From Lepidodermella squamata (lineage: Eukaryota; Animalia; Gastrotricha), in the NCBI GenBank assembly GCA_047495785.1, contig JBLDXI010000019.1:1240001-1304000 (forward strand): a stretch of 64,000 nucleotides of DNA, written 5' to 3'. Positions 25,390-39,415 of this stretch are shown here, in pieces; position 1 is the stretch's first letter; each line of letters opens with the position of its first letter. Below the pieces are notes generated by a model that saw only the letters and a list, made by a program, of their open reading frames with translations, was not told the origin of the DNA and did no database searches. A program made the position numbers and the translations under genes.

Positions 25390-27538
25390 TTCTAAGTTTT
25401 TTTACGCAAACTTGAAACCTAATAGATAAGAGAATACAGATGAGCTATCGTTATTACTGATGCGATGACTTCGGCTCTAGGCGTATGAGAACATTCAATT
25501 TCTTGATGTTTCTACAAAACAGAGTTGGGAGTAAATTCAAGGATGGCCAAGTAAAACCCCACGAGTGGGCAATTGTTGGATTTCCAAAGAAAAGGAATGA
25601 TGTCTAATAGGTTGATTATGAATAACAGGTCAATCTTGAGGAATGCTATAATTTTTCTGGAATATAACGGCGACTACGAGAACTACAGGTATTAGAAATG
25701 TGCACTGTATGCCACTTTCAGAGAGTAATTGTTTCAGGCGATTCGCGAAATGGCACACTTCAGAGAAAGTCAGGAGACAGCTGTGGCTATGCAGTCAGCA
25801 ATTTCGCTAATGAATTGTGGACATTTTATACTTAGATTCGGGACATCAGTACCTCGACGTAGGCTATCCAACGGTATCCCACTTCCCACTCATCATTTCG
25901 CTGGAAATAGTTTGTCAGTTTTAGGCATGTCAAATATCAAGGTCCTACAATCTGACAGTCTACACCAGTGATGCGCTCTACACTAAAACTGCGCAAGATT
26001 CACCGCACATAAGTATTTGAAGCGTGAACGTGTCTACCAGGCTGCGGTAGGCGGTGGAAGTAGTAGATTCTAAATGCTAACCGTTGGATAGCTGCTCAGC
26101 TTAACGCCAAGCCACCAGCTAACCAGCTCCAAGCCTCGAGAAGCCTCGAGCTTTTCCCGCGGCTCAAGGGCGGCAGAAGACGCGTAACTTATAACTACCT
26201 TTTGAAATTATTCAATATAATTGTGTTAGCAAAGAATACTTGTCGGATCCTCTCAGTAATAAAAAGATTGAAAAACAAAAATCTCGACAAAAAGCGGCGT
26301 CTTTTTCGCCGAGGTTGAGCCCCAGCTGATGCGGTGAGGGGTTATTAGCGGGATGAGGGATGAGGGAAGAGTTTTTTGTGGAACCATTATCGGAGACAAG
26401 CAGCTTAAGCAATGGCGAAGATGTGGAGTCGCAAGGGAGCCGGGCTACCTCGAGTCTTTATTCTAGGAAATGGAATCTGGGCGTCTGGTGCCCCTGCAAA
26501 GTTGTCTTGAAGATATTTAGAGTTTTGACGAGTTGCGCTCTTGTGTTGAACTATTTGAAGCTCTCCGATGCTACTGATATAGATAAAACCATCGATCGAT
26601 TTAAAGCTCGGAGCTTGCGTGGCTTGTTGTATTTTTTCTTCAGATGAACATTCAACGTTCTTTAAGAGGTTAATTTCGAATTTCGAATGGATCGCTGTTC
26701 AATTTAAATCAGGTTTTGGACTGCGGTGCGCTGTGCACCCCTAGGTAAACAAGTTATCAGCTCGACTGCGAGATAGCCAGTTATAGGTTAAAGGTTATAG
26801 CTGCGCTGCGTTTTTAACTCTTAACTGAAGGCTTTGTGTTATTTCGTCGGCAAAACCGGCGCTCCCCTCGAAAGGCCCAATGGATAGCCATTATTCGGGC
26901 CTATGTCTCAGAGCTCCCTCCCAGTGCTTCTCTCTCTTAACTCTTACCTCTCTGAAGGCTCCTCACTAAGGCCAGGCTACTTTTACATGGCACATGGCAA
27001 GAAAGAAATGATGTATTGTGATGAACCTTCGACGCTGTAATTCTTCTGGTGAGCCGTCTGAGCAGACTCTTAAGTAAAGCATGCGACTCTTTGAGAAGTA
27101 TGCTCGAATATTGGCTTATCTCTGAGAAGAAACCCTGTGAGAGAGTGGTTTTATCAACGAAATTGTAAAAGTGGCTAGTGGAGACTGTAAACTGAAAACT
27201 GGAGGATCCTATGACCTTAAATGGCACCTGTATTTTAGTTTCCTCCATCTCGGTGCGCATGCGGCTTTGAGGCATGGTTCCGATCAATCCCAAAATTCCA
27301 AGCCGGGAGAGGCGAATGGGAAAGAATGACGCATCTTTCACTTGATATGGTGTTCTTTTGACATTTGATTTTTCAAGTCTTGGATTGTGCACCCAATCTA
27401 CTTTTAAGATAGTGGGAAAGATTTATCGATGAAAACTCTTACCACTGGAAAAGGAGGAGAGTGCCATCAACTTTTTAGATTATTTAGCGTGATCTTTTCA
27501 CCCCGAAATTTTGGCAATCTACGGTTTACGGGGAAATC

Positions 27539-28013
27539 GGCACTCATTTACTTTTGGTAGGGGTTGATAAAATCACCAAGTAATTTCACTATTATATTAG
27601 GGATGTGTTGGGATCCAACCCCGATTTCGTCTTGCGCGTTCGAGCCGGCCCGTCTACCATTTTCTAACACAAGCCCGTAAGCGACGTTTACTGCAAATTG
27701 AACGAATTTGAAAATATCGCTTCACTGCACATGGGCCATCCGAAGTGTTGGCCTCAGCATGGCGGTGAACAATGGAAACCAGTGCTATTGTTGAGAACTT
27801 CGGCTCACAGCACCCGGGCCGCCGGACTTAGGCTGTCCTAGAGTGGACCTCCTAAATCTGGCCATAGTGTAGACCTCGATAACCGCACCTGTGGTCATCG
27901 CTCTTCGGGCTCGGGTATGCCGGGCACGTTTCGGACTTCCGCCCTCAGCATTTCACTAATATATTAGTGATAATAGTGATTTTATCGATTCCTACCAAAA
28001 GTAAAGGAGTCCC
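27539..28013. mobile_element. Non-autonomous DNA transposon (MITE), Merlin-like
   Basis: About 60-bp imperfect TIRs (GGCACTCATTTACTTTTGGTAGG... / ...CCTACCAAAAGTAAAGGAGTCCC) flanked by a perfect 8-bp direct repeat GGGAAATC (27531-27538 and 28014-28021). Confidence 0.85.
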
Positions 28014-28365
28014 GGGAAATCAAATTCAGACATTTCGTGTTTAGACACCATTCCATGATATTTTGCACATTCGGTATGTAGAATTGCAAATAATAACCAT
28101 TGATGTTTCAAGGTAAGAGTAGTAGAAGGGCAATTCTGGTTGTCCCCAAGTCCCAAGTTACGGGAACTTATACAAAGTAGCCAAACGATTCAACTGGTCT
28201 ACCGCGCTTACCAAAACATTACCAACATTTGGCAAACTGTTTCCTCAAATGAGTGATAACAAAAATTTGCTGTCTTTTTGGACTACCACTACAACGTTAA
28301 CCACAATTTAACGTAGCTGGTTAAATTGACGTGCGTTTTCTGTTCCTAATATAGAGTTTACCACA

Positions 28366-29338
28366 ATGATGTTGGCCAATGTGATTGGTCGCGCTGGAAA
28401 CCTGCGCGTTGTGGCTACTCGTGTCACACTGCCTCTTCGCGTTCCATCAGCGACTTTGGCTTCTGCGGTTACCAAGGTTCAAGAGGGAACCATGGACGAC
28501 GTTCGCGCTCAAGTTGAGCGTTGGGAGAAAGTGCACAACACTTATTTCGGCCCTGAGCGCGACACGAAAAACTTCCCTCTGTACAAAGCGCCCGAAACAA
28601 GCCCAGCCACTCGCATGGGATTCATCCCTGAATCGTTCTTCAACTTTTTCTATCCCAAAACCGGTGTCACTGGACCTTATTTATTTTTGGGCGGTGCGTT
28701 GACCTTCCTCCTCGGCAAGGAAATCTGGGTCGTCGACCACTACTTCCCTGAGGTTGTCAGCTTCACCATCATGGTCTACATCATTCAACGCAAATTCGGT
28801 AAACAAATCGCTGGTTTCTTCGATGACTCCCGTGACGTAATTTATATCGTTTACCGATAAGAGCTTTGGTTCAGTTGTTTATGTTACAGAATTTGATCCG
28901 TGGAGCTTATTTGGACCCTCTCCAGGAAGCCAAGAAAGTCGCAGCCTCGAAAATCGACGGCATGCAGCGCTATGTTGAACAGCAGTCTGAATACCGTCGC
29001 TATTTGTACGCGGCCATGAAGGAGCAAGTTTTGTTGAACCTCGAGGCGACCTACCGCGAACGCCTCGCTAGCGTGAACAAGGCCGTCGTCAAGCGCTTGG
29101 ACTACCAGGTGAGTACTGGCTTATAATTTATCTGTGAATCGTTGATTTTTAATTGCGATATTTCTGCCAGGCCGAGCGCGAGGCTGTTCGCCGCCGTGCT
29201 GAACAAGAGCACATGGTTCAATGGATTGTCAGCCAGGTCAACAAGGCAATTACTCCTCAGCTTGAAAAAGACGCCGTCTCACAGTGTATCGCCAACCTGC
29301 GCACCATGGCTGCGAAGACCCGGCAGGCAACCGCCTAA
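28366..29338 (+). CDS. ATP5PB: Mitochondrial ATP synthase peripheral stalk subunit b, 3 exons
   Basis: Transit peptide; [55 protein letters not shown]. Confidence 0.96.
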
Positions 29339-29740
29339 TAATTAGTTGAACGATTTGGCTGATAAAAAACACAACAATAGGGAAAAACGTGAAATTTATT
29401 GCGTAGCTAAAATATGACCGTAATACGCGTGTTGTATCAACTGCCGAAGATTCAGAGAGATTTAGCGAAATCAAGTCCCCTCGACTTCTATTAATAAGAT
29501 TGAAAACACTGCATCCTGATAAAACCCGTGCGAAATAACCTGTTGTAGCTGAATTGCTTCGAATAAACCATGAATGATGGTGATTGTGCATTTCTTTTTA
29601 TCGCATTAATTCCCTAGGAAGGTGTCAATATCCGATGTGAAAGACTTCTATAGAAACGCTCGTTTGCGCTGAGTACACACAGTAATTTTGCGAGTTTCCC
29701 TTTCACAGAGCAAGAATGATATTTTTATTACCCATAAAAA

Positions 29741-30415
29741 ATGCGCAAATATAAAGTAAATTGCTTTGAATATCGTCGGCTCGCAGCTTACCTACGAGAG
29801 TCAGCAAAATTAGGCGATTTCGAGTCAGCCGCTGAATTTCTTCGAACTGGAGCTGATCCCAACGCGAAAGATCCTAATGGATGGACAGCCCTGGCATTAG
29901 CATGCAATTACGGTCATAGCAATATTGCAAAGCTGTTGATCACCGCAGGAGCAGATATGAACTCGAGGAATGTTTTCGGGTATACCCCGTTGATAATGGC
30001 TTCATTTTATGGCGACATTGAGACTATGAATATTTTGGTGTTGAGATCCGCCTTAATCGACGCCCGTGATTTGACAGGTAAAAATACGTTTCTTTGATTT
30101 TTAGGTTTTAACCTCGCAAATTTGATCAAACAATTTACAGGTATGACTGCGTTGATGTGGTCGGCAAGATACGGCCATGCAGGTGCAATCAAGCTCCTCC
30201 TGAAAGCTGGAGCGAAAATAAATTTAGTCGATCAATGCAGCTGGACGGCATTATCTTGGGCCTCGTATTACAGCCACGCGGAAGCGATCAGGGCTTTACT
30301 AGATGCAGGAGCCGACGCTGACATAGAGACTACATCGCACGCCAAACCTTTGGACATTGCTCCGAGTCCAGTAATTAAGCACTTTCTTGAACCGTATACC
30401 GCACTCAAACATTGA
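29741..30415 (+). CDS. Small ankyrin-repeat protein, 2 exons (start uncertain)
   Basis: About 5 ANK repeats (GWTALALAC, GYTPLIMAS, GMTALMWSA, SWTALSWAS); intron ~30078-30140. Confidence 0.85.
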
Positions 30416-33400
30416 TGAATAAAATATACACTTACATTCACAAATGCAATGAATTTATGAAGCTTTAGTTTTGTCCAGTGGCCTAATTGCTCGAATGACA
30501 AATGACAAGTGAACAGCGGGTAAATTGCTATAATGGTCATCCAGGGTAAATGGTCAATTTTCGAAGTTTCGCATTAAATAATCCTAGTATTTTATCCTCG
30601 CATACCCGAAGATTTTTTTATTTTATCGAATATTGCCTGAGTTTTTAATGATTTAGTTAAAAAGCCTTCCACTTTTGAACAAAATCATTACAAATTCAGA
30701 ATCATCAATCTTGTGGGTCAATATTCGGTTTGTAGCTTGGTGCGAAAATATTTAAAATGGAAGAAAACTACCGTTTTAGCAAAGCAAAGAATCTATTTAA
30801 AAAACCGTCGATTTGTTCGGCTGAGGTGGCTGAGCCTGGATCTCCAAAATGCATGGGACATAGGCACTCAATGGGATTTTGACGCACCGACTAACACGAC
30901 GTAAGAAAAAACTGCTGAGATCTTGAAACCAAATACCTACTAGGAAATCGATGTCAGAATCCAGATCGTGCTGGAATCTTTGCTGAACTGCGAGAGAACA
31001 GATAAGATCGTTATTTCATCGGGCATAACTGCTTCCAATGTCCTTATTCGAATAATAATCAGTTATAATTATCATTGCAAATTTTACCATTCATGCTCTT
31101 TTGATTCGAATCTTACCGGACAAGCCTAGAAATATAACGGATACACATTCTCGGAGTTTCTTTTAGTTATGCCGCATTAATTGTCAAACTCTGCGAAGGA
31201 AACGAGGTTGGATTCTTGGCATGAATTACTAAATAATAGTATCTGTAAATCATTTCGCAGTTAGAAACAAGAGTGTCGAAGATATACAGTAGCGATATAG
31301 TGGGCAGATCTATCAATCATCATTCATACTACGCCATAAAATTCTTCGCCGAAAGGATTTTGTACTCTTGCTATTCGTTTACTCACCAATCAAATCGTGA
31401 AAAAAACAGATAAAACAGCGGTGAGCACGGGTAGAATCGAACTGTCTTCGGCGTTCTCCCTCGCTCTTTTGCGTTTCGGAAAAGACAGAGAAATGATGAG
31501 TGTTATTGCAAATCTGCGAAGATGTAAACAGGAGTCGCAAACACTGCGTTCGGTATAAATGCCGTGGGTGAGTAAATATTGCGATTCTTCGCACAACGCA
31601 AATTACGGCAATAGAAAATACCATTAACTGATTGTGGCCGTTTTTGCAACTCATCGCAGTCTATAAGGGATGGTACTTATTTTTTAATAATAAATACTGA
31701 TACAAGATACCAGTCTTTCATTGTAGTGCGTTGTTATCATACTTCTTTGACAGATGCATATATAAAATAAATGGCTCGTGGAAATACTTGCCCGATAACC
31801 GTTGTTGTTATCGTCTAGCGCCGAAAAATAAGCTTTCAGATCAAAGATCCCAGCCGACTCGCCTGCAACGCAAGGCCGATACCACAAAAAGACTACCGTT
31901 CCACTCTTGAAGTATTCGAGCCAGCCATTAAGTCCTTCAGAGATACACTTGGCCTTACCATTATAGGTGCAATGACTCTTGAAGAACGATACTTCATGTG
32001 GTCGATCAAAAGTCACCCTTTTCATATTTGCTATATTTTTGCATCTTTGATGTAACTTTATATCAAATTTGTATATCGCAGAGCACATGAATCCTTTATT
32101 TCGGAAGCAGCCTAGAGTGCATGCATGAAGAAAACACTATGGAGAGTCGGAAGCGATTTTTCTTGGCTGCTGTTTCGTTCCAATATGTTTACTCTTTGTA
32201 ATTACATTCGCGAGACATTTGACACCCCATCCAGGCTTTTCACGGGCCTTTCTAGCCTTTGATAATGCACATCTCAGCGAGTCAACCGGCTTTTACACAT
32301 ATTAGGATCTACAAATGAAATCAGTTTAGGAAATATCAGGTCTAATTAATTTTCGATTCGTCGTCTGGATCTGTATATTCGATAAGTGATCTCGGACATG
32401 AATGCAGAATTTCTACATTCTACATTATAGCTATTATATGTCTGATAGTGATTTTATGACTCACTACGACATTTGTACCCAAAAATCGCCTTTCGCTCTA
32501 TATTTCTCGTATATAGCCCGTTTCCCGGGTAAAATATAAGCTTCTGTGAATCCCCTTCAGCGCAATTTAGCTATTTCCGCGTATGTATTTGAAGAATACG
32601 TGTATGTTGACATAACATTATGTTCGATTATTTATTTCTTACGTGGATAAAATTCTCGTGTAAAGAGCCAACAAATTATTTTCAGCTACGGTATTTACAA
32701 TGTGCAGGTACAATAGTAGGTACAACGTCGTATTTTTCTTGGACAATTTTTGTGTATATATTTTTCTTACAAATGTTGACCATTTCTGATAATAAATGGC
32801 TGTGCATCCGATCGCTTCATTTACTAGAAGCCAACAACGGGCAGATTCATCAGGAAAAGTTTCGAATTGCGGTTCTTTACCACCAATGCAAACCTGACAA
32901 GCTCCTCTTTGCAAAATTTAAAATTTTCCATGTAACTTTCTATCGCTTTTATGCGATCATGCTTTGCGCTTTTGTCCATCTAGGGAAAGTCGGGGCGCCA
33001 GTCGAGTATCAAAAAATTACGCGTTTTTCGCACTATTAGTGTTATTCTTACTAAAACGCAACGAAAGGCATAAAATTTTATCGTAAAAAAAACGGAAGCG
33101 CTTCTATCACTTATTCATTCTATTGTTGTTTACACATGCGTATATGTCGAACGCAAAAGACGCGACGGCGAAAATTCAAAATATAAGATACATTTACATA
33201 GCGCCCATCGAACCACTGCGCACATTATGATTGGTAGAAGCTGCTACTACTACTACACTCGAAATTGCGGCGAAAAGGACTCGTCGTGGCGTGTAGTAGC
33301 ACCCAACGTATTGATTCAACGCAGTCCGAGCCTATAAGTGCCGCATCGGGTTCACGCTGCGTTATTTTGCGCTTGTCTTGTAAAAAATCATCGCGATCCC

Positions 33401-33991
33401 GCTGCCCAGTGGTGTCGCAACCATAATATTGGTATATTATTCCTAATATCACTCGTATTCAGTTCATATAGTTGGCATCTTCCGCCCTACATCGGAAGTT
33501 CATAGTTTTCATAGCGATAAATTAGCAATCATGAAATATCGTATTTATAATCACATCGCCGCCTCTCGATATAGTTACAACATCCGCGAGACATATGGTG
33601 GCTCTTATCTCCTATATAAATATACCGTAAAACGCAAATCGACAAAAATCGTCGCCTTATAGTGTATAAAAAGCCATCGAAAAAACAAACTGATAGGCCT
33701 CGGGTGTATTACAACTGCTTATTTTTAGATTGCTAGACAAAAAAATCATGATTTTATCGTTAACAACGCACAAATTCGAGAAAATTTGCGTGTCCAATAG
33801 TACCATGCCACTTCTCTTCTAATTAGGTCCGAAATTATTATAGACGTCTCGAAAAATATGTTGTTATCAATCAAGCACTTAACATATGGCTGAAAGGGCT
33901 TTTATTATCTCAGAAACCGCCTTATGCCATCTAGGCCAGTCCGAGACTTAAATTCGTTTTTTCTTCACTGAAATAGAGCCATTTTAATTCG

Positions 33992-36040
33992 ATGTCCGAA
34001 CAAGCCCACCGCGATTCGGGTAGCATCGGCGACGCGCAAGACCTGGTGGACAATGAAGCTGCTGATTTGTCGCCATCAGAAGAACCCGACGAAATGCTGA
34101 AAATTATCCAACGGGTGAAAGAAGAGGGTCTTATTATCCCTTCGCCTAAAGTAACCAACAAAAGCATCAAGGTATTCGCGAGAAGGCCATCAGACGATGA
34201 CTTTGCGAAAATGACGGCACTTTCGATGCGAGGTGGCGGGTTTGTCGTACGCAAAACTACGACAGCTGCTAATCCAGAACATCCAGAGGTGAAACTAGCC
34301 GAAATCCCTGAAGCTCCATTCGATTTGCTTAAAGAATCAGCTCTTCCTGGTTTCTCGTCATCCGGTATCAGTCGAACTCAGTCTGAACGATATCCGAGAG
34401 GCCGTGGGTTGACGCTTCGTGGACTTCCCGCTCATGAAAACGATGATGTTCCTGATGCTCCACCGCCAAGTGCGAAAACTCCATCTAGAATGTTAGATAT
34501 TTTTAAAGTTCCCTGAATTTAATTTCGAAATTGCTCATTTCAGACCTTCGTTCCGTATCCCGTCGAAGCTGAAAGTTTTGCCTCAATTTCGTATTAAAAC
34601 GAAATATGATCGTGAGGCAGAGAATGACGTAAACGACGGTGAGGCATTTCCGACGATTCACTGCAAATTTTCATATTGTTTCTCATAAAATTTGTAGAAA
34701 CAGTTTGGCACGATGAACGATCAGGTTCAGCTAGTCCAATGACACCGCAAAGCGAGGAACCTGGTATTGTAGCAAATACATGGAGCTTCAACAGTAATGA
34801 TGGCCTCCAGATACCTGAAATGCCCAGATCGCGTGCCTCGACCATGGACAAACGTCACGCTAAGCCTGTCAACTACCAAGCTTCGCCAACGCTTACGCCT
34901 TCAGCGCGTATCCGCATGCCTCCTCCTACTTGCCCGCCGCCTCGACGGATGATGGCGAAGCGGAGGAGCATTTCGGATATCAACATTCCGCATTCCTTGC
35001 AACAGTCTCTGTTGAATCGAGCCGATGCTGCTGCTGCCCTCTCTGCGCCCCGACAGAGCATCCATTTCGATGAGTCCAAGTAAGCTCAACCGAAAATTAT
35101 TTTTATTTATGGTGGCTTAATTTCCTTTCTCTTTTAAGGAAAAGCCTTGGTCGCTGGCTGGCCAAAATGCTATTAGGTGCTAAAGCTGAGCCTTCCTGCC
35201 ATCGAGTAAGAAGGCTGTCTCGTGCCGTTCTTAACGAAATGATCGAAAGTCGCGGTAATTCTGCCGAGGTTCTGCCTGATATCTCCCGAGTTCTTATGCT
35301 TGGAGAAACCGGTGTTGGGAAGCATGAACTGGTGCGAAATTTCCGCAATATTGGTGGAACCAGCGCTTCGCAATTTGCGGATGACTCGCTTAACGACATA
35401 ATATCCCGAGGAACTTCGTTTTCCGACGGCAGTTCCGACGAAATTGACCCTTCTCTACTTGTTGCCTTCGAGTATAATGACCGTATGCTGATTCTAGACT
35501 TTGTTTACGCCGATACTGAAGAAGATGTCGTCCGAGCTTTGGTAAATTTTTTCGTAAAAATCAGCCCAAAAGCTGCTCAAAAATATTTTTTCATAGATTC
35601 AAAAACCGCCTGATCTTATTGTTGCAGTTTACTCCGTTTGCTCTGCGACTTCGTTTGATTTTTGCATTACCATGATGGACCGCCTGCGACACCACGGCTG
35701 CGAAATACCCGTTGCACTGGTTGGAAATAAATGTGACCTGGTCGTTGCGAGAACTGTTTCTAAACACGACAGCCGAGGCATAGCTAAACAATTTGGAATA
35801 ACGCTGCTAGAAGTTTCCGCTCTGCTTGGTGAGAAATGCCCAGAGTTGCTGCTTGGCATTTTAAGACAGCTTCACTCGAAAGAGCCGAATCGTCGTCGGA
35901 AACCGAATTCAGGTGGTCGGCAACATTATCAGCCAAATCTGCCGACGCAGCCTGAGCATTTGACTACTCAAACTTCGCCGCCTGGTTCGAAATCTAATAA
36001 CACCATTTGGTCAAGGCTGTCAAAAACTTTCTCAAAATGA
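33992..36040 (+). CDS. RGK (Rad/Gem/Rem)-like atypical small GTPase with long N-terminal extension, about 5 exons
   Basis: RVLMLGETGVGK, VAVYSV, LVGNKCDLVVARTVS, EVSALL...ELLLGILRQL. Upstream ORFs are joined by GT-AG introns. Confidence 0.7.
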
Positions 36041-36810
36041 CCAAACCCTGGATGTATGCTTATTGAAAGATTTCCGAGCAACCGTTCTCCCATAATGCTA
36101 TCCAATTTTACGCTAATAACATTATGCTGTTCCTTATGCTTTGAATACAATCTTGTCGATGATTTCTGTTTAAATAAATCCTGAGAGTGCCGAGGTTTAC
36201 AAATGCAAAGCAGAAAAGTTTTTTATTCAATTTTTCTTTCACCTGTTGTTTTCACAGCCATTTTCACGCGATTTTCACAATTATCATTAAATAACATCTA
36301 AATACGACACAGATTGAACATTGCAGCGGACTTTGGTTGACGTAAAGACATGCAGTTCTCAACTACAGCTCACAACACATCATAGCACTGAAGAAAAATG
36401 ACATTAGAATAGTACAGTTGAATATCAAGTTATATACCATCGCGGAGAAGGCATAAAATTAAAAATATGTGTGTTATATATCTCCCCGTCAACTCCCGGA
36501 TATAAATTACTTTTAAGCACAGTTTATACAATAGATTTACTTTATATATTGAACCGATTGATAATTTGCCTAACACAGTTTCCTTCCTTCAAGTCATCGT
36601 AATTGTCAATGAGCCCAAACAAACACCTAAGTAAGACGAATTATGCTCTAATTATCGTCATATTTAATACAAGTTGGCCACATAAACGCTGCATCCCTAT
36701 TTGGGATACGCGAAGTTATAACAAGTTATGAGAAAGACGATGCCACTTTAACTCATCATGACCAAGGTCATAACTTCCAAATGTTAATGGCTAATTGCTG
36801 ATTTAAGTGT

Positions 36811-39415
36811 CTAATCACTGTCTGACTCCGATCCAGTCTCGTCTTCAGACTCCTCGCTTTCATCTTTCCGTCGCCTCCGAACCCCATCGCCGTTCTCGTT
36901 ATCCGAGCCATCTTCGTGCTCTGATTCCGTTTCCACCGGAGGAACCTCCACAGCAGGTGCGACGCGAACGTCAAGTTTCACTGATACCACGGCGTCGACT
37001 CCTAAATAGCTATCGGAACGAACGCAAACTTGATATTGGTAAATGCCAGGTTTCTCAGGAGCTCGGAATTTGAGGGGAAGTTCGAGCTTATCGTCAATAT
37101 CCGACTTTTCTGACGGCGGCTTTGATGCCTTGAGACCGGTTAGAAGAATGGGCGGGGTGTGCAACTGCATGGATTTGCGATCACACAAGTAAACCCACCA
37201 GCTTTCACGTTTTTCGATTGGCAAGTATGGGCAATGTACAATGGGCGCTTGTGTCGCGTCCATTCCAGCCATGGCGGCTTGGTTTTCGCGTTTGGTGGCT
37301 TCATTAAAACGGCGCCAGCGCCTTTCGTCCTCATCATCGTCCTGAGATGATCCTTTTTTGGCCCCTTCATTCGGCACTGAGACGGGCTCGTCTCGCTCAG
37401 ATTCGTTCAATTGTTCATTGGTATTTTCGGCCTCGCTCTCAGACGATGAAGACTTATTCGGCTGATTCTCCTTTTCAGAGTCAGATTCAGAATCGCTATC
37501 GTTTCCATTCTTGGTCTCAGCGGGCTGATCGGCTGTTGTGGCTTGAGTGGCTTTCGGTTTCTCTTTCTGTGGTTTCGCCTTGCCTTTGTTGTGCTGACGC
37601 GGATCGGCCGAGTTTTTCGACTTTTTCTTACCATGACGTTGCCATGGCTTCGTATCTTGCTTTTTCGCCACCTGTTTTTCACCGTCTCCCTCAGCCGGCT
37701 CAGCTTCTTGCGTTATCGCGGGCTTTTTAGGCGCATTCAGAGCGGCATTTGCCATAACCTCAGCCAGGGCTCCACGCCTGATCTGAAGAAGAACTGTTAC
37801 AATGCTACCAGCGGTGATTGAAGGATCTTCATCGTCGACGTCAATAACTTCAGGCTTGGCGTCGATTTCTAAGTATGGAATGTGGCGCAGAACCTCGACA
37901 ACGTCGCGGTATTGGTCATCTGATAATTGCCAAAGTGCTTGACGACGGTCTGATTCGGTCAAACCAGCTAGGTCATGAATAGTTCGAATGGAGCGTCCGC
38001 GGCGGTTCGACAAAGCCCGAACTAGTTCTTCCGTGAAGTGAGGTAACTGCATCAAGTTACTTTTGTTATCCCAACAAGCCTGTTAAAATTCAAATTAGAT
38101 TCATTTTTACAGAAAAAATGAAACCAGCTAACCTGAACAATCATCGGATGTAGCTGCATAACTGCCTCAACCGTGTTAAGTTTCGGAAGCAAGTGTGAAG
38201 GCCAGTTGTAAAGAATTCTCGCCATACAGAGCTGGGAAACCATAGATGCCATTTCAGCAACAAGTAACGGACATTTCTTGACAATATATCGACGGTCTTG
38301 TTCCAAAGTTGATTGTGGCAATGGAACTCGCGATAAATGGGCATGAATAAGCGAGCGAGCTTTCAGAATGTAAGGCATTTCACGCGGCTGCTCGACAACA
38401 TTTGGCAGTTTACGGATCAACTATATATTACCATAAACATGAATTAATATGAATTTTAAACTTTCAAGTACTTACCGCAGGCATCTCAAGGTTATCGCTA
38501 GGCCTTTCGACTATTTCTTGGTTCCACTGACGGCCGAACTCACGAGAAACGGATAAAATATGAATGATTTTCTTGAGGATGCAATTCGGATGTTTCCGGA
38601 AGAAATATTTGTAAATTTCCTCAGTTTCCAACAGTACATGCTCCGCGCTGAATCGAATAGAACGATACCACCAAACTCCAACAACAGTCGGGAGGATGAT
38701 CATGAACGCCAAAGCGTACGCAGCCAAGACAAACATCGAGTTTTTCTTCTCCACCAACCATTTCGGCAAGGCGATGCCAAATTGCATCGCACCCGGTCCA
38801 TCAGGATTGCCATATTCTTCCCAGTTTTTGCGCGTTTCTTCATTTGTTAGAGTCTCGTAGGCTTTCGCGATTCTGATGAAACGCTTGCCATCGCCGCCTT
38901 TATCAGGATGGTGAATCTTACTGAGATCTCGATAAGCTTTTTTAATCACGTCAGGAGTTGCACCCTTCAAAAACGCAAATATTTCATCTGGTGGTATACA
39001 TATCAAATACTTACTGAATCAATTTCAAGTTCAGCGAATGGATCAAATTCTTTGAATTCCATCTCGATCGTGGAGACTTTGTACAAGCAAGCAAAGAACA
39101 AACACCACAAAATAATATAAACAATCTTTGCAACGGCCGATCTGAGCTTATTGGACACAGGTTTCTGTTTCAGCATGTCCCTTTTGGACACGCAAGGCTC
39201 GCAGTTGCACAGAGGCCCACATATAACCACCACCGCATCTTTGAAAACATATTAAAAATTAGCATTATTAACAGAGTTGCTGCTCTTTACATACCTTTTT
39301 TCCATCGTCTCCATATTATAATGGTCCATGGCAGAAGAATTAATACAATAACGGCAAGTACGAAATAGTAAAACGTAGTGCCCTGCTCGTCGTATTCGAA
39401 TTCCATACCCGGCAT
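36811..39415 (-). CDS. SEC63: Translocation protein SEC63, multi-exon
   Basis: MPGMEFEYDEQGTTFYYF, J domain (HPDKGGD), YGNPDGPGAMQFGIALPKW, Sec63/Brl domain, VRSDSYLGVD, acidic tail. Confidence 0.97.

Noticed and set aside
26460-26560. Minus-strand peptide VKTLNIFKTTLQ resembling a LINE C-terminus
   Set aside because: Flanked by stops with no other RT motifs; similarity is too weak to call.
30713-33452. Short ORFs (31684-32088, 32620-33039 and others) as genes
   Set aside because: No recognisable motifs, AT-rich composition, and no consistent exon chain could be built.
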